NCBI GenBank assembly: GCA_031414535.1 | Contig: JANNVQ010000057.1 | Span: forward strand, 101,663 to 165,662 | Reading direction: 5' to 3' | DNA: 64,000 bases | Origin: Gemmatimonas sp. | GTDB taxonomy: Bacteria > Gemmatimonadota > Gemmatimonadetes > Gemmatimonadales > Gemmatimonadaceae | Part shown: one piece after another, positions 28,373-38,351 of the stretch | How the letters are laid out: each line of letters starts with the position of its first letter | Numbering within the stretch: the stretch's first letter is position 1 | Notes under the pieces: model-generated | What the model saw: only the letters and a program-made list of their open reading frames with translations | The model's database searches: none | Told to the model about the DNA's origin: nothing | Program-made: the position numbers and the translations under genes

Positions 28373-29658
28373 GCGGCCTCTGCAGCCGCAACCCGCGGCA
28401 CATACGAGAGGGAGGCGCGATTGTCTTCGTTCATCAGATCCTTCGCCACCGCGTGCATGGCTTCCACCGTGACCGCCTGGTAGCGACCAAGCTCTTCGTT
28501 GACGCGGTGGGGATTCCCAAAATAAGTAGCAAACTGCGACAATTTGTCCGCCCGCTGGCCCGCCGACTGCAGCTGTAACAGCCAACTCGCCTCGAGCAGC
28601 GCCAGCGCGCGGTCCCGCTCGGCGGAAGTGACGCCGTCGCGCCGCACCCGCTCAATCTCCACGATCAACGCGTCCTCGAGCGCGGCGAGCGGCACGCCTT
28701 GTCGCCCAGTTACATCGCAAATCAACAGATCGGCGCCCTTTGTGAGATCAAACGTGTACACACCAGCATCGCTCGCTAGCCGCTGCTCGCGTACCAAGGC
28801 GCGTGGCAACCGTGCCCCTTCACCCATACCGAGCACCGCACCCAAGAGACTGGCGGCATACCATCCCTCGCTGCCGCAGGGCGGCACGCGGAAGGTGAGA
28901 AAGCTGCGCGAGGCAACCACATCGTCCTCCACCACCTCGCGATGCCACGAACCGAAGCGCGGTGGCAATGCCATCGAAGGCAAGGCAGGCCGTCCCGCGC
29001 CGCGAGGAATCGCCGCGAAGTGGCGTTCCACCATCGTCATCGCACCCACCGCATCAAAATCGCCGGCAATCGTCAGCACCGCGTTATCCGGCGTGTAATA
29101 CGTGCGGAAGAACTCAGCCACATCCTCAAGACTCGCCGCCGACAGATCCTCCATCGAGCCAATCAACGAGTGGTGGAATGGATGCTCCGGCGGATGGCAC
29201 AGGGCCGGAAGCTTCTCCCACCAGGTCCCGTAGGGCTGGTTGTCCACCGACCAACGGCGCTCGTTCTTCACCACGTCACGCTGCGTGTCCAGCTTCTCCT
29301 GCGTCATCGCTGGCAGTAGCCGACCCATGCGATCGGCCTCCAACCACAACGCAAGTTCGAGTTGATGCGCCGGCATCGTCTCGTAGTAGTTGGTGCGGTC
29401 CAGGAATGTCGAGCCGTTGAGCGTGCCGCCAGCGCGCTGCACCAACTCAAAGTGTTCGTTGGCACCGACGTGCTCGCTGCCTTGGAACAGCATGTGCTCA
29501 AACAAGTGAGCAAACCCAGTGCGCCCCGCTCGCTCGTTAGCCGAGCCCACGTGGTACCACAGGTTCACCGCCACGATTGGCGTCGCATGATCTTCCGAGA
29601 GCACCACCCGTAGCCCATTGGCCAAGGTGTGCGTCACGATTGGCAACTGCAGCATCAA
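28369..29658 (-). CDS. M16B peptidase, catalytic subunit, cytoplasmic
   Basis: HLFEH, LWLEADRM and VKNERR motifs; no signal peptide. Confidence 0.9.
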   Translation of the reverse strand: MMLQLPIVTHTLANGLRVVLSEDHATPIVAVNLWYHVGSANERAGRTGFAHLFEHMLFQGSEHVGANEHFELVQRAGGTLNGSTFLDRTNYYETMPAHQLELALWLEADRMGRLLPAMTQEKLDTQRDVVKNERRWSVDNQPYGTWWEKLPALCHPPEHPFHHSLIGSMEDLSAASLEDVAEFFRTYYTPDNAVLTIAGDFDAVGAMTMVERHFAAIPRGAGRPALPSMALPPRFGSWHREVVEDDVVASRSFLTFRVPPCGSEGWYAASLLGAVLGMGEGARLPRALVREQRLASDAGVYTFDLTKGADLLICDVTGRQGVPLAALEDALIVEIERVRRDGVTSAERDRALALLEASWLLQLQSAGQRADKLSQFATYFGNPHRVNEELGRYQAVTVEAMHAVAKDLMNEDNRASLSYVPRVAAAEAA

Positions 29659-29661
29659 GTC

Positions 29662-30255
29662 TTACCAGTCAATGAAGAGGGCGAGTGGCGCCTTCAGCGA
29701 CTCGCCAAGAAAATAGCCGGGTTGGTTCATCACGCGCCGCCAGACCTCCGTGGTGCGCGTAGGTGATGTATACGCAATCAACCCCGCTCGCTCCGCCACG
29801 CGCCCAGCACGAAGCACGTGAAAAGGATCCGATACCACTACCACTGTATCAATGCGCCGCGCCTTGAGTAGGCGCGCGACGCGTTCAATGGATTGTCCCG
29901 TCGTGCGGCCTTCGTTCTCAAGCAGGATCGCCGTGTCCGGCACGCCGGCTGCCATGGCGTAGATTCGGCTCACCGCCGCCTCGGAGGCCGTATCACCCTC
30001 GGCAATACCTCCGGTCACCACCACGCGCGGTGCGATGCCGCGCGCGTACAGTCCCACGGCGTGGTCCAACCGCATCCGTAATACGGGCGAGGGGCGGCCG
30101 CGATACTGCGCCGCACCAAGGACCACGATGGCCTGCGCCAGCCGCGCCTCGTCTCGGGTGGCGGCACGCAGCACCAACACCGCCGACGCCACCCACCCCA
30201 TGCCCGCAATCAACAGCATGCCCACAACGACACGACGACGCAGGGACCACCTCAT
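29662..30255 (-). CDS. YdcF/DUF218 family protein
   Basis: N-terminal TM, IVVLGAA, TGG...SEA and VSDPFHVLRA motifs. Confidence 0.85.
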   Translation of the reverse strand: MRWSLRRRVVVGMLLIAGMGWVASAVLVLRAATRDEARLAQAIVVLGAAQYRGRPSPVLRMRLDHAVGLYARGIAPRVVVTGGIAEGDTASEAAVSRIYAMAAGVPDTAILLENEGRTTGQSIERVARLLKARRIDTVVVVSDPFHVLRAGRVAERAGLIAYTSPTRTTEVWRRVMNQPGYFLGESLKAPLALFIDW

Positions 30256-30803
30256 TCCGTGCCCAGCCCTAGGAGTGCGAGCGCGGTAGCATCAAGCTCC
30301 GCTTCGAGCGAGGTAGCACTGCGCCCACGCGTGCCGACGGCGATGCCATCCAAGTGATGCACCAGGAGACGGCCGAGCAAGGAGTGGGCAATCCGCGAGC
30401 GCAGGCCGGCTTCCGCGAGCATGGCCGCTGCCAATGCCGAGCCCGCTTGCGTGCGCGCGCTCAGTAAGGCTGGCGCGGCCGCGCGCATCGAGGCCTCCCC
30501 GAGCAGGGTCACGAGCAACACGCGCTCGGCGCGATGCTCCGCGTCGCCAGACACGCGCCGCCATGCCTCAAGGACCTCGGCGTCCACCGCCGCCGCCGCT
30601 AATGCGCTGACATCCTTCGCGACAAGACGCCGCGCCACCGCTAACAGCAGCGCGTCCTTGTCTTCATGATGATACAGGACGAGCGCCTTACTCACACCGC
30701 TTTCCGTGGCGATGCCTTGCAGCGTCAGCGCGCCCACGCCCTCGCGGGTCCCGAGCGCGATGGCGGAATCCACCATCCGCGCCGCGGCATCAACGCGTGA
30801 CAT
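30252..30803 (-). CDS. TetR family transcriptional regulator
   Basis: HTH LTLQGIATESGVSKALVLYH..DKDALL. Confidence 0.8.
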   Translation of the reverse strand: MSRVDAAARMVDSAIALGTREGVGALTLQGIATESGVSKALVLYHHEDKDALLLAVARRLVAKDVSALAAAAVDAEVLEAWRRVSGDAEHRAERVLLVTLLGEASMRAAAPALLSARTQAGSALAAAMLAEAGLRSRIAHSLLGRLLVHHLDGIAVGTRGRSATSLEAELDATALALLGLGTE

Positions 30804-32184
30804 CGCTCTCCGCTTCCGGCACCTCGGCGTGATATCCGCGTTCCCGAAGCTGGACGGCAAACGCATCCTGCGCTGCCGGCTCTCCGTGTACCAAGAACAC
30901 GTCCTGCAAGTGCGGAGACGTTTCCCGAACGGCGTCCACCCAGTGCTGCAGCTCCATGCGGTCGGCGTGCCCGCTATAGCCGTTAATCACCGCCACCTGC
31001 GCCTTCAGCGCCACGTCTTCCCCATACACCTTGATGATGGGACGGCGCTCAACGATGCGGCGACCCAGCGTGTGTTCTGCCTGATAGCCAACGATTAGGA
31101 TGGTGCTCCGTGGGTCCGACGCACTGTTCGCCAAGTGGTGCAGAATCCGACCCGACTCCGCCATCCCAGACGCCGCAATCACGATCATCGGGCCGCTGCG
31201 CTGCATGGCGGCCTTCGAGTCCTCGACGCTTGGAGTGAACTGCACGAGGTCAAAGTCAAACAGCGAGTCGCCGTCTGCGTTTGCCTGGCGCACCAAGGAC
31301 TCCGTGCTGTCGAAGTCTCCGGTGTTCTGTCGAAACACCTGCGTTGCCTTGTCGGCAAGTGGGCTATCGATGATGATCGGAATCCGCGGAATGCGTCCCG
31401 CGCGCGCCAAGCCGTGCAAGTCGTAGAGAATTTCTTGCGTGCGGCCCACAGCAAATGCTGGAATAAGCACGCGGCCGCCGCGGGCCGCCGTCTTGGAGAC
31501 GATGCGCGCGAGATCATCTCGAGCCCCCGCCACGCTCTCGTGATCGCGGTTGCCGTACGTCGACTCCATGATCACCCAGTCGAGACGGTCCAGCGGCTCC
31601 GGATCACGAATGATGGGCAGGCCGTGGCGACCGATGTCACCACTAAATCCCAAACGACGGGTCCGGCCGTCCTCCACCCACTCCAGCACCACCGAAGCCG
31701 AGCCTAGAATGTGTCCGGCGTTCACGAACTCCGCCGTCACCCCAGGCACAACTTCAAAGCGCTCGTGATACCGGTGCGGCGTGAACTGCGCGAGCGCCGT
31801 CGACACATCGCGCATCGTGTACAGCGGGTCAGCCACTTCCTTCTTTCGCCGCGCCAAGAACTCCGCGTCCTTCTCTTGGATGTGCGCCGAGTCGGCGAGC
31901 ATCACCTCACAGAGATCACGTGTGGCCACCGTGCTGTGGATTGGGCCGCGGAAGCCTTCCTTCACGAGAAAGGGCAGGCGACCCGCGTGGTCAATGTGCG
32001 CGTGCGAGAGCACCACCGCGTCAATACGGTCGGCGGCGTGCGGCAAGCGGCGATTCTTCTCGCCCACCTCATGGCGTCGCCCTTGGTACAGGCCGCAGTC
32101 CAGCAGAATCGTGCGCCCTTTCACCTGCACAAGGTGCGACGATCCCGTTACTTCGCGCGCCGCACCCGTGAAGTGAAGACGCAT
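30790..32184 (-). CDS. Metallo-beta-lactamase/beta-CASP RNA-processing family hydrolase
   Basis: SHAHIDH, AGHILGS, ESTYG, AVGRTQ, SGHAD and LVHGE motifs. Confidence 0.9.
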   Translation of the reverse strand: MRLHFTGAAREVTGSSHLVQVKGRTILLDCGLYQGRRHEVGEKNRRLPHAADRIDAVVLSHAHIDHAGRLPFLVKEGFRGPIHSTVATRDLCEVMLADSAHIQEKDAEFLARRKKEVADPLYTMRDVSTALAQFTPHRYHERFEVVPGVTAEFVNAGHILGSASVVLEWVEDGRTRRLGFSGDIGRHGLPIIRDPEPLDRLDWVIMESTYGNRDHESVAGARDDLARIVSKTAARGGRVLIPAFAVGRTQEILYDLHGLARAGRIPRIPIIIDSPLADKATQVFRQNTGDFDSTESLVRQANADGDSLFDFDLVQFTPSVEDSKAAMQRSGPMIVIAASGMAESGRILHHLANSASDPRSTILIVGYQAEHTLGRRIVERRPIIKVYGEDVALKAQVAVINGYSGHADRMELQHWVDAVRETSPHLQDVFLVHGEPAAQDAFAVQLRERGYHAEVPEAESDVTR

Positions 32185-32358
32185 TCAGCCCTCCGGTGAT
32201 TCGCGTGAGAATACCACGGTGAGGCGCTGGCCGTCCTGGGTCATCATCACAGGGCTCCAGCCGCCACGGCTGCGCTCGTTGAGCAGATCCGTGAGCGCGT
32301 CTTCGTCCTCACGCTGGTGCCGCGTGAGCCGATGAATCACCGCCTGATATTCTTTCAT
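32185..32358 (-). CDS. Small 57-aa protein, DUF4177-like (below the ORF-track cutoff)
   Basis: Translates as [59 protein letters not shown]...LN...GW...F.R pattern; stop abuts the MBL start. Confidence 0.7.
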   Translation of the reverse strand: MKEYQAVIHRLTRHQREDEDALTDLLNERSRGGWSPVMMTQDGQRLTVVFSRESPEG

Positions 32359-32385
32359 GCACTCGAAGCTACTACCTTCTCATCC

Positions 32386-33033
32386 ATGCCGACTACCCCA
32401 ACGCTGCCAGGCCTCACGGTCGTCTCGCACCCGCTCGTGCAACACAAGCTGTCGTTGCTCCGCGACCAGGCCACGCCAAAGAAGATTTTTAAAGAGCTCG
32501 TCGACGAAATCGCGATGCTCATGGCCTACGAAGCCACGTCCGATCTCACCTTGGCGCCGGTTGAGGTGGATACCCCACTCGAGACCACAACCGGGAATCG
32601 CGTCGCCGGCAAGAAGCTCACGCTCGTGCCCATTCTGCGGGCTGGACTCGGCATGGTGGAAGGCATTCTCAAACTCGTTCCCAGCGCCCGCGTCGGGCAC
32701 ATTGGCCTCTACCGCGATCACGACACGCTCGAACCGGTGGACTACTACTTCAAGGTCCCCGGCGATGCGGCCGAACGCGATTTCTTCCTGCTCGATCCCA
32801 TGCTCGCCACGGGCGGCAGCGCGGCGAGTGCGGTGAGTTCATTGAAGCGCGCAGGTGCCACGCGCATCAAGTTTCTTTGTCTTGTCGCCGCACCGGAAGG
32901 CGTCGCGCGACTCCGCGCTGCGCATCCGGATGTGCAGATTTACGCCGCCTCGCTCGATCGCGAACTCAACGCGGACGGCTACATCCTCCCCGGACTCGGC
33001 GACGCCGGCGATCGCTTGTTTGGTACGAGATAA
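32386..33033 (+). CDS. upp: Uracil phosphoribosyltransferase
   Basis: [19 protein letters not shown] and [17 protein letters not shown] motifs. Confidence 0.97.
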   Translation: MPTTPTLPGLTVVSHPLVQHKLSLLRDQATPKKIFKELVDEIAMLMAYEATSDLTLAPVEVDTPLETTTGNRVAGKKLTLVPILRAGLGMVEGILKLVPSARVGHIGLYRDHDTLEPVDYYFKVPGDAAERDFFLLDPMLATGGSAASAVSSLKRAGATRIKFLCLVAAPEGVARLRAAHPDVQIYAASLDRELNADGYILPGLGDAGDRLFGTR

Positions 33034-33125
33034 AGGACGGATGACGGAAGACGGATGCACGAGGCATCCGACCGCGAGACGGTGACCTCGCGCACAACAA
33101 GCATCCGTCATTCGTCTTCCGTCCT
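33034..33125. repeat. Palindrome with arms of three GACGGAW heptamers
   Basis: AGGACGGATGACGGAAGACGGATGC (33034-33058) pairs with GCATCCGTCATTCGTCTTCCGTCCT (33101-33125), 22/25 complementary. Confidence 0.85.
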
Positions 33126-33147
33126 GTTTGCTCCGACACACGTCCTC

Positions 33148-33176
33148 TTGTCTGGAAACACGAACAGACGTATCGT
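33148..33176 (+). promoter_or_regulatory. Possible sigma70 promoter of the 33231 gene
   Basis: TTGTCT-17 bp-TATCGT. Confidence 0.4.
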
Positions 33177-33230
33177 TCGCCCGAGAATCGGTCCCCCGAT
33201 TTTTACCGCATCACACCTCGCTCCCACCGA

Positions 33231-34169
33231 ATGCTCATTAACCTGCTTCCGGATTTTTTCGCCGCGCTCCAAAGCGTCGATCCCGTTGCAGCGTACCATC
33301 GGTACTTCGAGGCGAATCGTCCCCTGCTCGCGGCATACTGGCATAACTACGTCATCGAGCCGGTGGGGCCTCACTTCCACGATGTCGTGCGCGAAACCGT
33401 GCGCGCCGATCGGACCGACCTGAAGGCGATGCTTGAGCGCACCGATGTCGTCGCGCTCGCCAAGCAGGCGGAGGCCGCCTGCGCCGAATTGTTCAATCTC
33501 GATTCCACCGTTGACGTCGTGCTCATGGCCGGCGTCGGCGCCGCCAACGCCGGCGAGCTCGTCGTCAATGGTCGCGGTGTTGCCTTTGTTTGCCTCGAGC
33601 ACTTCACCAGCATCGCCAATCCGCAGACGCGCGGGCTCGGCCTCGATCCTGAGCTCATTCCAATGTGGCTTGCGCACGAGATTGCGCACTGCGTGCGCTA
33701 CACCTCGCCGCAAAGCCGCGCCGAAATGCGTCGTGCCGTGTCGGCCGCCGGTGGCTTCTATAGTTACTGGGAAACTGGCCGCGTCGCGTCGCTTCGCGAG
33801 CACCTCGTGAACGAAGGCCTCGCCGTTCAAGCATCCAAGATGATCAGCCCGGGCCACGCGCCCTGGGAGTACTACGGTTTTCAGCGTCGCCAGTACGCGC
33901 GTGTGCGCGAACTCGAGGCGGTGCTCTCGCGTGCGGTGGCCGATGACCTCGACCGGGCGGGTCTTGGCCTCCGTTTGCGCTGGCTCTCCGGTGGCATGAG
34001 CGACGAGGCACGTACCGTGCAGCGTCACGTGATTCCTGAGCGCACCGGCTATTTCGTTGGCGCGCAAATGGTGGAAGCGGCAATCGCCGAACACGGTATT
34101 GCTTGGGCGCTGCGGGCAGAGGCCCGCGAACTCACTTCAGTCGCTGACGCGGCCGCTCGCACAGCATAA
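33231..34169 (+). CDS. Putative Zn-dependent protease (gluzincin, DUF2268-like)
   Basis: AHEIAH...NEGLA and ERTGYFVG motifs. Confidence 0.65.
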   Translation: MLINLLPDFFAALQSVDPVAAYHRYFEANRPLLAAYWHNYVIEPVGPHFHDVVRETVRADRTDLKAMLERTDVVALAKQAEAACAELFNLDSTVDVVLMAGVGAANAGELVVNGRGVAFVCLEHFTSIANPQTRGLGLDPELIPMWLAHEIAHCVRYTSPQSRAEMRRAVSAAGGFYSYWETGRVASLREHLVNEGLAVQASKMISPGHAPWEYYGFQRRQYARVRELEAVLSRAVADDLDRAGLGLRLRWLSGGMSDEARTVQRHVIPERTGYFVGAQMVEAAIAEHGIAWALRAEARELTSVADAAARTA

Positions 34170-34191
34170 AGTCCGAGCGAACCGCTGAGGT

Positions 34192-34236
34192 GAACGCGCG
34201 CGACCGGCTCCGGGGCCGGCCGCGCGTCGTTCTTTT
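34192..34236 (+). terminator. Intrinsic terminator
   Basis: GC-rich stem GAACGCGCGCGACCGGC / GCCGGCCGCGCGTCGTTC followed by TTTT. Confidence 0.6.
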
Positions 34237-34238
34237 GC

Positions 34239-34303
34239 AGGACGGAAGACGGATGACGGGAGCGCTGAGCACCGTGTCGCATCCGTCATCCGTCTTCCGT
34301 CCT
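34239..34303. repeat. Palindrome with arms of GACGGAW heptamers
   Basis: Perfect 21-bp inverted repeat AGGACGGAAGACGGATGACGG (34239-34259) / CCGTCATCCGTCTTCCGTCCT (34283-34303). Confidence 0.88.
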
Positions 34304-35675
34304 ATTTGCCTACACAGAAACTCCGAAACACTCGCCCCAACACTTCCTCTACATCAATCCCGCCCACGAGTTCATCAAGCGCGTGAATCGCTGCGCGTAT
34401 ATGGGTCGAGGCCACCGGGGCGGGGAGTGTCGCCGCGTTCCAAGCCGCGATGAAGGCGGAGACTTCTTCGCGTGCCGTTCCGATGGCCGCCACGTGTCTG
34501 GCGCGCGTCACGATTGGCTCGCCATCGGGCAGCGGCGGATGCGCTGCGTGAACAGCGGCGCGAATGGATGCACGTAGCTCGTCGAGTCCGCGCCCCAGCA
34601 CCACGCTCACCGCGGTACCTTCGGCACCGCCCGCCGCCGGTCCGCTCAAGTCACTCTTTGTGCGAACCAGCACGCGCGGTGCATGTGTCGCGCTCGCCAC
34701 TGCCACAGCTGCTGCCTGCAGCGATTCCTCCGTCTCTCCACACACCACCACCACACCGGCGCGGGCAATCCAGCGCGCGCTGACTTCAAGTCCGAGCCGC
34801 TCCAGAGCATCATCGGTCTCGCGCAGCCCAGCCGTATCAACCAAGCGCCAGGGATACGGGGCTTCGTCCACGAGCACTTCAATCGCGTCGCGGGTCGTGC
34901 CAGGAATTTCGCTGACAATCGCACGCGCATCACCCACCAGCGCATTGAACAGCGAGGACTTTCCTGCGTTGGGTGCACCGGCAAACACCACGGGAATACC
35001 CTCGCGTCCCAGTTCCGCCATGGGAAGTGTCGCGCCCAGTGCCGTGAGCGCATCCAAGACGCGCCCTGCGGCGGCACTCGCCGAAGCACGCGGCAACGGG
35101 CCATCATCTTCCTCGGGGAAGTCCACCTCGTAGGCGAGCAAGGCCTCCACCTCCAGCAAGGCCTCGCGCAAGACGAGCAGACGCTCGGTGAGGGCGCCCG
35201 AGAGCTGATTGAGTGCCGCGCGATGCATGGCGCGGGAACGAGCCTCAATCAGATCTGCCATTGCTTCCGCTTGGAGCAGATCCATCTTGCCGTGGCGCAC
35301 GGCGCGCTCTGTAAACTCGCCCGCCAACGCCGGCACCGCCCCCGCCATCACGAGCGCCTCCGTCACGCGCACCTGCACGTAGTGGCCGCCGTGGAGCGAA
35401 AGCTCCACCAGATCCTCGCCGGTGGGCGAGCGCGCTGCCGGGAACCATGTCACCAGCGCATCGTCCAGCGGTTCGGAGATATCGTCGCAGGCATGAAGGC
35501 GCACACGCGTCGCGTGGCGCGGCGTGAGTGGGGCTGAGACACCAAGGCGGCGGGCGATGTCGCCCGCCGCCGGTCCACTGAGGCGTAGTACGGCCAGCGC
35601 GCCCCGTCCTGGCGGCGTGGCCAGCGCGACAATCGTCGCGCTCGCCCGATCAGCGCTTACGCTTCCCGCCCCCAT
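34302..35675 (-). CDS. mnmE: tRNA modification GTPase MnmE
   Basis: TIVALATPPG, GAPNAGKSS, GTTRD, DTAG motifs; C-terminal FCVGK; start approximate. Confidence 0.96.
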   Translation of the reverse strand: MGAGSVSADRASATIVALATPPGRGALAVLRLSGPAAGDIARRLGVSAPLTPRHATRVRLHACDDISEPLDDALVTWFPAARSPTGEDLVELSLHGGHYVQVRVTEALVMAGAVPALAGEFTERAVRHGKMDLLQAEAMADLIEARSRAMHRAALNQLSGALTERLLVLREALLEVEALLAYEVDFPEEDDGPLPRASASAAAGRVLDALTALGATLPMAELGREGIPVVFAGAPNAGKSSLFNALVGDARAIVSEIPGTTRDAIEVLVDEAPYPWRLVDTAGLRETDDALERLGLEVSARWIARAGVVVVCGETEESLQAAAVAVASATHAPRVLVRTKSDLSGPAAGGAEGTAVSVVLGRGLDELRASIRAAVHAAHPPLPDGEPIVTRARHVAAIGTAREEVSAFIAAWNAATLPAPVASTHIRAAIHALDELVGGIDVEEVLGRVFRSFCVGK

Positions 35676-37392
35676 CCGTCGTCGCCACTACGGCGCTTGG
35701 CGCTGCGTTCTTTGCGCGCTCGTTGGAGATGAGCCACTGTTGCGGCAGCGCGGCCAAGTTCTGCACCGTGTAGTACAGGTTCAACCCCGACGCAAAGTTG
35801 ATGAGCAGCACCGTCATCATGATCGGCATCAGAATGGACATCATCTTGGTCTGCGGGTTCGGCGGCACGTTGCGCATGCCCATCCACGAGAGCGCGTACA
35901 TCGAGGCACCCATCGCCAACGGCAGGATGTAGAGCGGATCCTTCAGCGAGATGTCTGAGAGCCACATGAAGCTCACACCGCGGAATTCAATCGTGTTTTG
36001 GAACACGAAGAACAGCGCGATGAGAACAGGCATCGGAATTAAGATCGGCAAGCAACCCGAGAGCGCCGCAAACGGACTGACATTGTTATCGGCGTACACC
36101 TTCATCACCGCAAGGCGCTGCTTCTCCGCGTCGCCCTTGAACTTGTTCTGCGCATCTTGCACCAAGGGCGCAATGCGCTGCATGGCCACCTGCGTGCGCA
36201 TCATCCGGCTATTGAGCGGCCACATCAGGACGCGAATCACCACGCCGAAGCCCACAAGAATCCATCCATACTCAAGCGCGGTCGTGCGCTTCAACCACAG
36301 CAAGAGGCGCATCACAATGGTGGCAAAGGGCTGCACCACGCCGCTGATCCACCCGCCGTAGGGATTCGTCTTCTCGAACTCGCGGCCCATACCCACCATC
36401 CGATCCCACTCCTGCGGTCCGGCGTAGAGTTCGAACGAGACGCCGGCATCGCTCAGTGGTGATACCACGGTGCCCTGCGCGCGCGTCGCCAGCTTGTTCT
36501 CGCGGACCGCACCCGTGACCTGCAATTCCGCAAACGGGCTGTTCTGCCCCTCGGGTGCAAGCACACCGACGAGAAAGTACTTGCTCTTTGCCACCGCCCA
36601 GGTGAACGGACCCGACTCAATAATGCGTTCGCCGGGGTCAGGCTTCCGGAAATCCACGCGCTCTGCGCCGCCGGTCACTGGCTTGAACGCATAGGCGAGA
36701 TGCGTCGCGTCTTCCTTTGGATTCGCTTCCTGCGAGTCGAATCCCGAGGGCAGGTTGGTGAGCAGGAAGGCCGGCTGCGGCAAGCCGCTGCCAGTCACGC
36801 GCACCTGTGCCACGTAATTGTCCGGCGCCAAGCCGTACTCGACGCGGACGCTGCCACTGCCAACGGCAGTCTCAAAACGCAGTCGCTCGCCGGCGCTCGT
36901 GGTCTCGCGCGACGCCGTGAAAACCTTGCGCGCCAGATCAATCGTGTCGCCGCCGGCAATCAGGCGGAACTCCAGCATCGCCGTGCGGCCGTTCGCCAAA
37001 CGCACTGTGCCATCAACGCCACCAAGCTGCCGAAATCGCGGCAGGTCGGCCGAGAGGAATCGCGCACCTTCGGTGGAGAATGCGAATGTCGTCAGCTCGT
37101 TGCTGAGCGAAAGCGTCTCCGCCACGGCCGCAGGCACGGCCGTAGCCACTGGCTCCTGTGCGGGTCCACTCGCCGCCGACATCGTGGCCGTCGCAGCCGT
37201 TGATGCTTTTGTGGTTGCTGTTGTGGACGCTGTTGTGGACGCGGCGCCGGCCGCGGCTGGTGTTACCGCGCCGCGGCGGCTGGCCGAATCAGCGGTGATT
37301 GCCGCGGGCACTGTGGGTCGCGGAAAAAGGACCGGCGTCAGCAGGACCACGCCACCGGTGAGCAGGAGCGCCAAGAAGAAACGCTTATCCAT
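35650..37392 (-). CDS. yidC: Membrane protein insertase YidC
   Basis: GCLPIL, WLSDIS.KDP and SGLNLYY motifs; canonical position. Confidence 0.95.
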   Translation of the reverse strand: MDKRFFLALLLTGGVVLLTPVLFPRPTVPAAITADSASRRGAVTPAAAGAASTTASTTATTKASTAATATMSAASGPAQEPVATAVPAAVAETLSLSNELTTFAFSTEGARFLSADLPRFRQLGGVDGTVRLANGRTAMLEFRLIAGGDTIDLARKVFTASRETTSAGERLRFETAVGSGSVRVEYGLAPDNYVAQVRVTGSGLPQPAFLLTNLPSGFDSQEANPKEDATHLAYAFKPVTGGAERVDFRKPDPGERIIESGPFTWAVAKSKYFLVGVLAPEGQNSPFAELQVTGAVRENKLATRAQGTVVSPLSDAGVSFELYAGPQEWDRMVGMGREFEKTNPYGGWISGVVQPFATIVMRLLLWLKRTTALEYGWILVGFGVVIRVLMWPLNSRMMRTQVAMQRIAPLVQDAQNKFKGDAEKQRLAVMKVYADNNVSPFAALSGCLPILIPMPVLIALFFVFQNTIEFRGVSFMWLSDISLKDPLYILPLAMGASMYALSWMGMRNVPPNPQTKMMSILMPIMMTVLLINFASGLNLYYTVQNLAALPQQWLISNERAKNAAPSAVVATTDGGGKRKR

Positions 37393-37630
37393 CGCGACGG
37401 GAAGAGTCGAGGGAAGGTGGCTCAGGCACCGGATCGAATCCGCCGGGCCGGAATGGATGACAGCGCGCGATGCGCTTCACCGCGAGCCACGTGCCACCGA
37501 ACGCTCCATGCTTCTCGAGCGCTTCGATGGCGTAGTTGGAACAGGTGGGATGATAACGGCACGCGGCTGGCAAAAGTGGCGACAGCGCCACCTGATAGCC
37601 GCGAACAAACAGAATCAGAAATTGTCTCAC
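37385..37630 (-). CDS. yidD: Membrane protein insertion efficiency factor
   Basis: [10 protein letters not shown]...[13 protein letters not shown]. Confidence 0.95.
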   Translation of the reverse strand: MRQFLILFVRGYQVALSPLLPAACRYHPTCSNYAIEALEKHGAFGGTWLAVKRIARCHPFRPGGFDPVPEPPSLDSSRRDG

Positions 37631-37980
37631 GCGGCGGAGACCTGCTTTGTGAGACGCGTCGCTAACACGGTGAGTTCACTACGCAGCGCTGTGAAATCTG
37701 CCGCGTACGCACTCGGAAGCGCATACAACACCACATCGGCGGGAGCGACCGCAGCCAACGGCACGGACCAAGTCTCGCGCATCAGCTCGCGCAGTCGCCG
37801 TTTGAGACGGTTTCGATCGACTGCCGTGTGCTTGTGGCGTGGCACCACGAGCCCAAGCCGATGATGACGCAGAAGGGAAGCGAGCACCCGAACCTCGAGC
37901 AGCGGGGTTCGGACTCGCTTCCCTTCGCGGCGGACCATCAGCAGGTCGGCCGCGCGCGTCAGCCGCTGGGGCGACGGCAC
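37627..37980 (-). CDS. rnpA: Ribonuclease P protein component
   Basis: [16 protein letters not shown] motif; position after rpmH. Confidence 0.92.
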   Translation of the reverse strand: MPSPQRLTRAADLLMVRREGKRVRTPLLEVRVLASLLRHHRLGLVVPRHKHTAVDRNRLKRRLRELMRETWSVPLAAVAPADVVLYALPSAYAADFTALRSELTVLATRLTKQVSAA

Positions 37981-37993
37981 GCGGCCCGATGCC

Positions 37994-38158
37994 TCAGACG
38001 CCTGCGTACTTCGACGGAAGCTGCACAGTCAAGCGCTTGCGCCCCTTCTTGCGGCGGCGGCTCAGCACCTGACGCCCCCACTTAGTCTCCATGCGCGCGC
38101 GGAATCCGTGCGTCTTCAAACGACGCGTGTTGCGCGGGCGATACGTCGGCTTTCCCAT
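37994..38158 (-). CDS. rpmH: 50S ribosomal protein L34 (54 aa, not in ORF track)
   Basis: [54 protein letters not shown]. Confidence 0.96.
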   Translation of the reverse strand: MGKPTYRPRNTRRLKTHGFRARMETKWGRQVLSRRRKKGRKRLTVQLPSKYAGV

Positions 38159-38210
38159 CGTTGCTCCAGATAAACTGCTGGCTAAAAATCACTTCGCGGA
38201 CAGACGGCTA

Positions 38211-38239
38211 AACGTAGTCGGCTCTGTGGGTTACGTCAA
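38211..38239 (-). promoter_or_regulatory. sigma70 promoter of the rpmH operon with a DnaA-like box in the spacer
   Basis: TTGACG-17 bp-TACGTT on the minus strand; TGTGGGTTA (7/9 DnaA box) at 38225-38233. Confidence 0.6.
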
Positions 38240-38280
38240 CGGGAGCTCGGTCCGTGACGACTGGTTCGGATACACGAGCG

Positions 38281-38310
38281 TTGACTTATCCACACGCGGA
38301 GGTGTAGGTT
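38281..38310 (+). promoter_or_regulatory. dnaA promoter overlapped by a perfect DnaA box
   Basis: TTGACT-18 bp-TAGGTT; TTATCCACA at 38286-38294. Confidence 0.7.
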
Positions 38311-38351
38311 CGCCTCCCCCCAGATTTCCACATTCGCGCCACGCACACTGC

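Noticed and set aside
33034..33125. Heptamer palindromes as a CRISPR array
   Set aside because: Inverted rather than direct repeats, no regular spacers and no cas genes
33152..33167. CTG-N10-CAG resembling an E. coli SOS box
   Set aside because: Imperfect (CTGG), single occurrence, and the LexA motif of this lineage is unknown to me
37200..37245. 12-bp repeats GCTGTTGTGGAC in yidC resembling DnaA boxes
   Set aside because: They encode an Ala/Thr/Ser linker and match the box poorly
38091..38351. N-terminal extension of DnaA in the ORF track
   Set aside because: It overlaps rpmH and both promoters; ATG 38352 gives a normal domain I
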